Shown piece by piece: positions 8,058-15,022 of a DNA stretch of 15,244 nucleotides; position 1 is the stretch's first letter, and each line of letters opens with the position of its first letter. The stretch is from Candidatus Krumholzibacteriota bacterium (GTDB taxonomy: Bacteria > Krumholzibacteriota > Krumholzibacteriia > LZORAL124-64-63). A model generated the notes under the pieces. It saw nothing but the letters and a program-made list of their open reading frames with translations, did not search any database and was not told the DNA's origin. The DNA is taken from the NCBI GenBank assembly GCA_039714075.1, contig JBDLKA010000086.1, positions 1 to 15,244 of the forward strand, written 5' to 3'. The position numbers were made by a program, and so were the translations under genes.

Positions 8058-9411
8058 GCAAACCCTCCTGAAGATGGGTCAGTTCCTCTTCAATGAAGCG
8101 TGTCGTGGCCTTTCCCTCCAGGAAGACCTGGTTGTTCAACACCTCGAGGTGGAACGGCGTGCTGGTGGGCAGTCCCTCGAAAACACATTCGGTGAGTGCC
8201 CGCCGCATCCTTGCGACAGCTTCTTCGCGATCCTTGCCATGGGCGATGATTTTCGCCAAAAGGGAGTCATAGTAGGGAGGAACCAGATACTCGGAATAGA
8301 TGTGGGTGTCCACCCTGATCCCGGGTCCTCCGGGGGCATGGTAATAGAACACCCGGCCGGGGCAGGGCATGAAGTCCCGCTCCGGATTCTCGGCGTTGAT
8401 CCTGCATTCAATGGCGTGTCCGGTGACCTTCACGTCTTTCTGGGTGAAATCGAACTTCTCCCCGGCGGCCACCTTGATCATCCACTTCATGAGGTCGTAT
8501 CCGGTGACCAGTTCGCTGACCGGATGCTCGACCTGGATCCGTGTATTCATCTCCATGAAGTAGAACGACCCGTCCTCGTCCAGCAGGAATTCCACGGTGC
8601 CCGCGCTCCGGTAGCCGACCTGTTTGGCCAGGCGGACGGCCGCTTCGCCCATTTTCTTCCTCAGGGCCGGATCCACCGCGGGCGAGGGAGCTTCCTCGAT
8701 CAACTTCTGGTGACGCCGCTGCACCGAACAGTCCCGCTCACCGAAATGGATCACCTGGCCGTGGTGGTCGGCCATCAACTGCACTTCCACATGACGTGGA
8801 TTGACCAGAAATTTTTCGATATAAACCGCATCGTTGGCGAAGGCCGCTCCGGCTTCGGTCCGCGCCGCGACGTAATTCTTGTGCAGTTCTTCCTCGTCCC
8901 AGGCCACCCGCATCCCTTTGCCGCCGCCGCCGGCGGTCGCTTTGATGATCACGGGATACCCGAACTTTTCCGCAGCCTCCGCGGCTTCTTCAACCGTATC
9001 GACGAGTCCGGTTCCCGGCACCGTGGGCACCTTGGCCTCATCGGCCTTGGTCCGGGCCGTGGCCTTGTCCCCCATCTGCCGGATCACGTCGGCCTGCGGG
9101 CCTATCCAGACAAAATCGTTTTCCTCGCAAATTTCGGCGAATTCGGCGTTCTCGGCCAAAAACCCGTAACCGGGATGGATCGCCTCGGCGCCGGTGATTT
9201 CCGCCGCCGCTATGATGTTGGGAATGCGCAGATAACTGTCCGCGCTGGAGGTCTTGCCCACGCAGACCGATTCGTCCGCGTATTTGACATGAAGGGATTC
9301 GGCATCAGCTGTGGAGTGGATGGCCACGCTCTGGATTCCCAGCTCGCGGCAGGCCCTCATGATGCGCAGGGCGATTTCGCCCCGGTTGGCGACCAGGATC
9401 TTCTTGAACAT
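8029..9411 (-). CDS. accC: Acetyl-CoA carboxylase biotin carboxylase subunit
   Basis: MFKKILVANRGEIA, HPGYGFLAENA, KATAGGGGKGMR, ERDCSVQRRHQK, EMNTRIQVEHPV and YYDSLLAK. True start ATG at 9411. Confidence 0.97.
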   Translation of the reverse strand: MFKKILVANRGEIALRIMRACRELGIQSVAIHSTADAESLHVKYADESVCVGKTSSADSYLRIPNIIAAAEITGAEAIHPGYGFLAENAEFAEICEENDFVWIGPQADVIRQMGDKATARTKADEAKVPTVPGTGLVDTVEEAAEAAEKFGYPVIIKATAGGGGKGMRVAWDEEELHKNYVAARTEAGAAFANDAVYIEKFLVNPRHVEVQLMADHHGQVIHFGERDCSVQRRHQKLIEEAPSPAVDPALRKKMGEAAVRLAKQVGYRSAGTVEFLLDEDGSFYFMEMNTRIQVEHPVSELVTGYDLMKWMIKVAAGEKFDFTQKDVKVTGHAIECRINAENPERDFMPCPGRVFYYHAPGGPGIRVDTHIYSEYLVPPYYDSLLAKIIAHGKDREEAVARMRRALTECVFEGLPTSTPFHLEVLNNQVFLEGKATTRFIEEELTHLQEGLRVRAKSEEG

Positions 9412-9521
9412 GCAGGACTTCCTGTCGGAATGGCACGCGAAATAACCCCTCCCGGGACGCCAGGGGCCCGCCACGGCATGCGGCGGCCCCTCCCCGGGGG
9501 GCATTTCGATTCGAGTCCTGT

Positions 9522-9550
9522 ATTTTGGGGTTCCCGGCTATTGATGGCAA
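9522..9550 (-). promoter_or_regulatory. Putative sigma-70 promoter for accC-ftsK-rimO and downstream genes
   Basis: TTGCCA (9550-9545), 17 nt spacer, CAAAAT (9527-9522), directly downstream of the pilT terminator. Confidence 0.45.
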
Positions 9551-9552
9551 GA

Positions 9553-9580
9553 GAAAATGGCCCCCTGGAGGGCCATTTTC
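9553..9580 (-). terminator. Intrinsic terminator after the PilT-family gene (symmetric, possibly bidirectional)
   Basis: Perfect 11-bp inverted repeat GAAAATGGCCC / GGGCCATTTTC with a 6-nt loop and T-rich 3' ends on both strands, 25 nt after the stop codon. Confidence 0.75.
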
Positions 9581-9605
9581 AGTTTTCGCGGAAATTTCCG
9601 GCCCC

Positions 9606-10745
9606 TCAGATGGGCTGGGCTTCCTTTTCGGGCTCCTTGGTCGACTCCTCGAAACGGTCCCAGGTGGTGTCGCTGCTGGCCTTGATGCCCTTGACCCGCA
9701 ACATGAATTCGTGGGGGTTGCTGCTGGCCTTGGTGGCCACGTCCAGGGTGACCTTCTTTTCCTTGTACAGCTGCATCAACGACTGGTCGAAAGTCTGCAT
9801 CTGGTACTGGATGAAGCCTTCCTGGATGGCCTGACGAATCATCACGGTCTTTTCCGCCTCGCGGATGTATTCCTTGATGGTGCTGGTGGCGATCATGATT
9901 TCGCAGGCCGGATAACGGGTCAGCCCGTCGGAATCGGCGACCAGACGCTGGGAAATGACCGCCTGCATGGTCGAGGCCAGCAGGTACCGGATCTCCTGCT
10001 GCTGGTGGGGCGGGAAGAAGGATATGATCCGGCTGATGGTCTGGGTGGCGTCGATGGTGTGCATGGTGCTCAAAACCAGGTGCCCGGTGTCGGCGGCCGT
10101 CAGGGCGATCTTCATCGACTCCGCGTCACGGATCTCACCGATGAGAATCACGTCCGGGTCCTGCCTGAGAACATGTCTCAAGGCGTCTCCATAACTAGTT
10201 GTGTCGCAACCAATTTCACGCTGACTGACAATACTTTTCTGGTCGCGATGGAGGAACTCGATGGGGTCCTCGATCGTGATCACGTGGCGGGAGCATTCCC
10301 GGTTGATGATGTCCACGATGGAAGCCAGGGTGGTCGATTTGCCGGAGCCGACGGTCCCGGTCACCAGCATCAGGCCGCGGGGGCGCACCGCCAGTTCCTT
10401 GACCACCTGCGGCAGGCCGAGTTCGTCAATGGTCTGGATATCAACGGGCACATGACGGAAAACCATGGCCACGCTGCCCCGCTGGACATAGAAGTTGGCC
10501 CGGAAACGGGCGATTCCCGGCACGCCAAAGGCAAAATCTATTTCCCGGGTGCTTTCGAACACTTCCCGCTGGGCCGGCGACAGGATCTGCTTGGCCACCG
10601 CGCTCATGTCCTCCACGGTCGGGGCCTCGTAGTCGGCAAACACCAGGGTGCCGTTGATTCTGTATACCGGCGCGGAGGCGACTTTCAGATGGAGGTCGCT
10701 GGCGCCCCGGCTGATCATTTCCTTGAGGATCTTCTTGATATCCAT
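9606..10745 (-). CDS. pilT: Type IV pilus retraction ATPase, PilT/PilU family (379 aa)
   Basis: ASDLHL, RFRANFY, Walker A GTVGSGKSTT, Asp box TIEDPIE, QREIG, LRQDPDVILIGEIRD, His box TGHLVLSTMHT and MQTFDQSL. Start ATG 10745 with AGGAG SD. PilT versus PilU/paralog status is unresolved. Confidence 0.9.
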   Translation of the reverse strand: MDIKKILKEMISRGASDLHLKVASAPVYRINGTLVFADYEAPTVEDMSAVAKQILSPAQREVFESTREIDFAFGVPGIARFRANFYVQRGSVAMVFRHVPVDIQTIDELGLPQVVKELAVRPRGLMLVTGTVGSGKSTTLASIVDIINRECSRHVITIEDPIEFLHRDQKSIVSQREIGCDTTSYGDALRHVLRQDPDVILIGEIRDAESMKIALTAADTGHLVLSTMHTIDATQTISRIISFFPPHQQQEIRYLLASTMQAVISQRLVADSDGLTRYPACEIMIATSTIKEYIREAEKTVMIRQAIQEGFIQYQMQTFDQSLMQLYKEKKVTLDVATKASSNPHEFMLRVKGIKASSDTTWDRFEESTKEPEKEAQPI

Positions 10746-10824
10746 GTAAAGGATTCTCCTGTTACGGGTTCCGTCCCTACGGACGGGTGACGGCTCCATC
10801 GCGGGGCCGACTTTCCACTCCTGA

Positions 10825-10851
10825 TCATCGGCAGGAAACCGGTCTTCTTGA
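10825..10851 (-). promoter_or_regulatory. Putative sigma-28 (FliA-type) promoter for the PilT-family gene
   Basis: The minus strand reads TCAAG-aagaccggtttcct (14 nt)-GCCGATGA, matching the FliA-type TCAAG/TAAAG-N14-GCCGATAA pattern. It sits between the accB terminator and the pilT start. Confidence 0.65.
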
Positions 10852-10875
10852 ACAGGGAAATCAAGCAGGGGCAAC

Positions 10876-10913
10876 AAAAATCCGGACAGAGACGAGAACT
10901 CCCTGTCCGGATT
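10876..10913 (-). terminator. Intrinsic terminator after efp-accB
   Basis: 11-bp inverted repeat AATCCGGACAG (10879-10889) / CTGTCCGGATT (10903-10913), ending on the minus strand in a TTTTT tract followed by GTTG. Confidence 0.8.
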
Positions 10914-10933
10914 CAGGATCCCAATTCAGGATC
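10911..10933. repeat. 10-bp direct repeat ATTCAGGATC, two copies
   Basis: Exact copies at 10911-10920 and 10924-10933, separated by CCA. Confidence 0.8.
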
Positions 10934-10953
10934 AGATAAAAAGAAAACCCGGA

Positions 10954-11421
10954 TCAGTCCGGGTCAACAAGGAACAAAACGGCTTCCGCTTCCACCGGAT
11001 TGCCGTTTTCGACGAAGATCTCCCTGATCGTGCCGCTGAATTCGGCCTCGATCTCGTTCATGACCTTCATCGCTTCGATGATGCACAGGGTCTGCCCCTC
11101 CGACACCCGGTCCCCCACTTCAGCAAAATTGGGGCTGGTCGGCGCCGGAGCCCGGTAGAAGGTGCCTACGATTGGTGAGCGCACTTCCTTCCACTTGGCC
11201 CGGGTGGGGTCGGCGGCGGGGCTGGGCGCCTCCGCGGCCGGAGCGGGCGCGGCCGGCTGCGGCGCCGGCACCTGAATGGCCGGCGCGACCGAGGCGGCCG
11301 CCATGGTCACCGGACCCGATTTCTGGATCCGGATGGTGGTCTCTTCATTGCTGACTTCCAACTCTTCGATGCCGCTGTCCTCGACCAGCTTGACAAGCTC
11401 GCGAACCTTTTCGATATCCAT
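10954..11421 (-). CDS. accB: Biotin carboxyl carrier protein of acetyl-CoA carboxylase
   Basis: [23 protein letters not shown], an Ala/Pro linker, [10 protein letters not shown] and biotinylation motif [16 protein letters not shown] 7 nt before ATG 11421. Confidence 0.97.
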   Translation of the reverse strand: MDIEKVRELVKLVEDSGIEELEVSNEETTIRIQKSGPVTMAAASVAPAIQVPAPQPAAPAPAAEAPSPAADPTRAKWKEVRSPIVGTFYRAPAPTSPNFAEVGDRVSEGQTLCIIEAMKVMNEIEAEFSGTIREIFVENGNPVEAEAVLFLVDPD

Positions 11422-11455
11422 TTCGGGTCCTCCGGTGCGGGGATCGTTCTTCATG

Positions 11456-12013
11456 TCAAACTCTTCCCAGATACTTCCCTGTACGGGAATCGATTTTCAG
11501 GACCTGGCCCTCCTCGATGAAAAGAGGCACCTGAACCACGAGACCGGTTTCCATGGTGGCGGGTTTGGAGCCGCCCTGGGCCGTGTCGCCGCGCAGTCCG
11601 GGATCCGTTTCCTTCACCTGAAGCTCCACCGTCAGGGGAGCCTCGACCGTCAGCGGTTTGTCCTCCAGCAGCAACACGCTGCACATGTCGCTTTCCTTGA
11701 TGAATTTGGGGACATCCCCCAGGACATCCTGGTGCAGCTGGATCTGCTCGTACGTTTCCGTATTCATGAAAACAAAAAATTCACCATCGGGATACAAGAA
11801 TTGGAATTCCCGGCGTTCCAACCGAACCTCTTCAACCTTTTCCCCGGCCCGAAAGGTATGTTCGACCACTTTCCCGTTTTCCACGTTTTTCAACTTGGTG
11901 CGAACAAAAGCCGGTCCCTTGCCGGGTTTTACATGCTGGAATTCGACGATGGACCACAAGCCTTGCTTGTGTTTCATGGTGAATCCCGTCCGAAAATTGC
12001 TTGTATCGGCCAA
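11456..12013 (-). CDS. efp: Translation elongation factor P (185 aa)
   Basis: [17 protein letters not shown] (Lys-type tip loop), [17 protein letters not shown] and VPLFIEEG...YLGRV. TTG start at 12013 with GAGG upstream. Confidence 0.96.
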   Translation of the reverse strand: MADTSNFRTGFTMKHKQGLWSIVEFQHVKPGKGPAFVRTKLKNVENGKVVEHTFRAGEKVEEVRLERREFQFLYPDGEFFVFMNTETYEQIQLHQDVLGDVPKFIKESDMCSVLLLEDKPLTVEAPLTVELQVKETDPGLRGDTAQGGSKPATMETGLVVQVPLFIEEGQVLKIDSRTGKYLGRV

Positions 12014-12079
12014 CTCGTTCCTCGCTTTCCCGAATACAATCACGCAGCGCGGTCTTTCAACCGTATCAAAATCCGCTAA

Positions 12080-12108
12080 TTGATAACACGCCGGCCCTCT
12101 TCTGGCAA
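12080..12108 (-). promoter_or_regulatory. Putative sigma-70 promoter for efp-accB
   Basis: TTGCCA (12108-12103), 17 nt spacer ending in TGT, TATCAA (12085-12080). This has an extended -10 TG and lies in an AT-richer intergenic gap. Confidence 0.5.
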
Positions 12109-12114
12109 TGAATG

Positions 12115-12570
12115 TTAGCTTCGCGACGGCCTGTCTTCAAGAAGGCCGGACATGCCCGCCAGGGCCAGCCGGTAGCCTTCGATCCCGAATCCCCGGATTC
12201 CCGCGGTCACCACGTCCGCCAGCAGGTTGTTGCGGCGAAAGGGTTCCCGCGCATCGGGGTTGGTCAGATGCAGTTCCACGATCGGGATGTCCACCGCGGC
12301 CAGGGCGTCCCGAATGGCGACCGAGGTGTGGGTGTAGGCCGCGGCGTTGATGATGACCCCGTCGGCGGAATCGCCGGCCCGGTGGATCATCCCCACAATG
12401 TCCCCCTCCGTGTCCGACTGCAGGAAATCCAACTCGAGACCGTGTTCCGTTGCCCAGCCCCGGCACAGGGTTTCCAGTTGACCCCAGGTGGTCTTCCCGT
12501 AGATCTCCGGTTCCCGGGTTCCCAGACGGCCGAGATTGGGACCACCGATCATCACCACCTTGTGTGTCAC
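12115..12570 (-). CDS. aroQ: Type II 3-dehydroquinate dehydratase
   Basis: GPNLGRLGTREPEIYG, INAAAYTHTSVAIRDAL and VELHLTN...REPFR. The GTG start overlaps the upstream stop (GTGA). Confidence 0.96.
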   Translation of the reverse strand: MTHKVVMIGGPNLGRLGTREPEIYGKTTWGQLETLCRGWATEHGLELDFLQSDTEGDIVGMIHRAGDSADGVIINAAAYTHTSVAIRDALAAVDIPIVELHLTNPDAREPFRRNNLLADVVTAGIRGFGIEGYRLALAGMSGLLEDRPSRS

Positions 12571-13304
12571 GTGGAGGTGCCTCCGTCCTGGCGAATCCGG
12601 TTGATCCAGTCCGCGAACTGCTTCTTCTCATGGGTTCGCCGGGCCGCCGGGCGAAGTTGCGGTTCCTCGGGGGCGCCCGCCCCCGGGGAGGCCGCCGTTC
12701 CCTTTTCCGCGGCGGCCACGGGGCCCGCGGACTTCAACTCGGTGATGCGCCGCTGGATTTCCGGACGGTCCGGTTCGCGGGAAGCCATCTGCTCCAGGGC
12801 CTCGAGGGCCTTGTCGCGGTAGCCCTGGGCCAGGTATATCTCCACCAGGGTCATGGTGGCGAAGGAGGAACTGGTCGAGACCGATGGGCGGTCCCGCCGG
12901 GCGAATTGTTTCGCCTCGGCCAGGGCGCCCGGCCAGCGTTCGTCATCCGGATCCAGGACAACCAGTTTTTCCAGCAGGGGAATGGACTCGTCCCAGGCCT
13001 GCCGGCTGCGGGCATCCTCGGTCATAAGACGCAGGACGACGAAATTCTCGCCGTCCAGTTCCAGGACCCGGGCCAGAACCTCCCTGGCCTGATCGATCCG
13101 ACCGAGGTCCAGGAGGGTCCGCCCCTTGATCACCAGGGCCGAAACATAGTCGGGATGCCGGCCCAACCCGTCGTCCAACAGATCCAGCGCATCCTCGCCG
13201 CGGCCGGCCTGGCGCAACAGATCAGCCAAGGGGGCAAAAACCCGCGAGTGCGGGTCTTCGGACAACCGCTCGCTGAAAATGTCGATTTTCCGGGTCAAAT
13301 CCAT
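12567..13304 (-). CDS. Tetratricopeptide repeat protein (245 aa)
   Basis: N-terminal DPHSRVFAPLADLLRQAG and about 3 TPRs (HPDYVSALVIKGRTLL, ARVLELDGEN). A separate TPR-like motif ATMTLVEIYLAQGYRDKAL follows, then a terminal amphipathic helix KKQFADWINRIR. Confidence 0.85.
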   Translation of the reverse strand: MDLTRKIDIFSERLSEDPHSRVFAPLADLLRQAGRGEDALDLLDDGLGRHPDYVSALVIKGRTLLDLGRIDQAREVLARVLELDGENFVVLRLMTEDARSRQAWDESIPLLEKLVVLDPDDERWPGALAEAKQFARRDRPSVSTSSSFATMTLVEIYLAQGYRDKALEALEQMASREPDRPEIQRRITELKSAGPVAAAEKGTAASPGAGAPEEPQLRPAARRTHEKKQFADWINRIRQDGGTST

Positions 13305-13316
13305 TGTGAACCAGAC

Positions 13317-14975
13317 TCAATCAAGGGTCTTGAGGTATTCGCCCACGGATTCCATGTCCCGCCACAGGCCCGCGGTCAGTTCCAGGGGAAAACGTGCCGT
13401 CACGGTTTCCAGCACCCCGCCGCCTGCGGCCAACGCGTCCTTGTCCTGATCTTCGGTCCAACCGCCGAGGCAAAGCCCCGCACCGCCGGTCACGTTTCTG
13501 ACGGCCTTACGCGCAAACACCCGGCTCATGGCGCTGAAAACATCGGCCCTGGAATCGCCTTCGCCGTTGAGACGGGCGGCCTTTTCGGCAAAGGCACACG
13601 CCACTTCACAGACTGTCATCATGTCGGCGAAGGTGAACATCACGATCTGATTCCTGGTCAGCCGTGCCCCGTGCATGTATTGGACGACATCGTTGAGCCC
13701 CCGGACCGCGGCGGCCGCCATGGCCGCGCCGACCGTGGGATCGGCCCCGTGAAGTTCGTCCATACTCGACGCCAGGTTGTCGTAGAACCCACCCTTGGAC
13801 CGGACCGTTTCCTTCCACCGGTACATGGCGATGATACTCTGCTGTATCTCGCTGGTGCCTTCGTAAATGGTAGTGATCCGGACATCCCGCCGCATTTTTT
13901 CCACCACGTATTCCCGGGCGTAGCCGTAGCCGCCCAGGGCCTGGATCGAGGCATCGGCGGCGCGGTTGCCCGCTTCGGTGCTCCAATACTTGGCGATGGA
14001 GCCCTCGGTGCCCATGTCCTTGCCCCCGCTGTCGATCTGCAGGGCCACCTGTTCCATGTGCGCCCGGCCGGCGGCCAGGTCGATCCAGTTCTCCACGATC
14101 AGCTTCAGCAGATAACCCTGCTTTTCCACCAGGGGCGCCCCGAACTGCTCCCGGGCCTTGCCGTAGGCCAGCGCCCGGTTCAAGGGCCCCTGCCCCCCGC
14201 CGAGGCCGAACGCCCCGACCATCAGTCTGGTGTAGCCGAAAACGGCGTTGGCCTGTTTCAGACCCTGGCCTTCCTCCATGCCGATGAGGTTTTCCGCCGG
14301 AACATCAACCTCTTCGAGCAGGACACCGGTGGTATTGGAGGCGCGGATGCCGTGCTTGTCCTCATGCTTGCCGTCGGACAGGCCTGGTGTGCCGCGTTCG
14401 ACCACGAAAAAGCTGGGACCGTCGGGCGTCTTGGCCAGGATGGTGTAGATCTGGGCCACGCCGCCGTTGGTGATGAACTGTTTGGCTCCGTTCAGGCGGT
14501 AGCCGGTGATGTTGCCGTCGGCGTCCACGATCCGGTCGGCGGTGGTCTTGAGGGCGGCCACGTTGCTGCCGGCCTCCGGTTCGGTCACGCCATAGGCGAC
14601 GATGACGCCTTCGGACGCGATCCTGCCCAGCCAGAGATCCTTCTGTTCCGGGGTCCCGCCCACGAGGATGGGATCGGTGCCCAGGCAAATGGCCAGAAAG
14701 GCGGTGGCCACCCCCAGATCGCTGGCGGCCATCTCTTCACTGACGCGGCAGATGTCCCGCGCCCCGCCCCCGAGTCCGCCGTTCTCTTCCGGCAGGAAAA
14801 TAAGATGGAGGCCCACGTCGGGAGACAGAAGCTTCAGGATCAGGTCTTCGGGAAAATGGTCCTTCTCGTCCAGCTCCATGATTTTTTCGTCGGGCAATTC
14901 ACGCCCGACGACCTGCCGAAGGGTCTGAATAACCATATCGCACATCTCGGTGGACAAACCGGCTGGGACATTCAT
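13317..14975 (-). CDS. Acyl-CoA dehydrogenase, long form with C-terminal extension (552 aa)
   Basis: PEENGGLG, YGVTEPEAGSNV, LNGAKQFITNG, EDKHGIRAS, REQFG, QALGGYGY and RITTIYEGTSEIQ (catalytic Glu position). Start ATG 14975 with GAGG upstream. Confidence 0.93.
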   Translation of the reverse strand: MNVPAGLSTEMCDMVIQTLRQVVGRELPDEKIMELDEKDHFPEDLILKLLSPDVGLHLIFLPEENGGLGGGARDICRVSEEMAASDLGVATAFLAICLGTDPILVGGTPEQKDLWLGRIASEGVIVAYGVTEPEAGSNVAALKTTADRIVDADGNITGYRLNGAKQFITNGGVAQIYTILAKTPDGPSFFVVERGTPGLSDGKHEDKHGIRASNTTGVLLEEVDVPAENLIGMEEGQGLKQANAVFGYTRLMVGAFGLGGGQGPLNRALAYGKAREQFGAPLVEKQGYLLKLIVENWIDLAAGRAHMEQVALQIDSGGKDMGTEGSIAKYWSTEAGNRAADASIQALGGYGYAREYVVEKMRRDVRITTIYEGTSEIQQSIIAMYRWKETVRSKGGFYDNLASSMDELHGADPTVGAAMAAAAVRGLNDVVQYMHGARLTRNQIVMFTFADMMTVCEVACAFAEKAARLNGEGDSRADVFSAMSRVFARKAVRNVTGGAGLCLGGWTEDQDKDALAAGGGVLETVTARFPLELTAGLWRDMESVGEYLKTLD

Positions 14976-15022
14976 GGACCCATCCTCGCTTTCGACTCGG
15001 CCCCCAGGTAATGGATGCGGGC

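Noticed and set aside
9501..9521. TTCGATTC / TTCGAGTCC resembling tRNA T-loops
   Set aside because: The flanks do not form a T-stem, and there is no cloverleaf or CCA end.
9411..9522. Possible SRP RNA, 6S RNA or c-di-GMP riboswitch identity for the leader hairpin
   Set aside because: I found no SRP helix-8 GNRA/AGCAG motif on either strand. It is too short for 6S, and I recognised no riboswitch consensus. It is kept as an unassigned structure.
8074..10790. 586-aa and 421-aa plus-strand ORFs (likewise 75-1148, 2973-4115, 4834-5787 and 5832-7379)
   Set aside because: All are antisense to well-supported conserved genes, and stop-codon depletion on the opposite strand explains their length.
3..14195. 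KOPS-like GGGNAGGG octamers
   Set aside because: The few copies I noticed occur on both strands (for example + at 3 and 6009, - at 9488 and 14188), which is uninformative at this GC content.
12450..15011. 853-aa plus-strand ORF
   Set aside because: It is antisense to aroQ, the TPR gene and the acyl-CoA dehydrogenase. It has no recognisable motifs and shows the typical shadow-ORF composition of GC-rich coding DNA.
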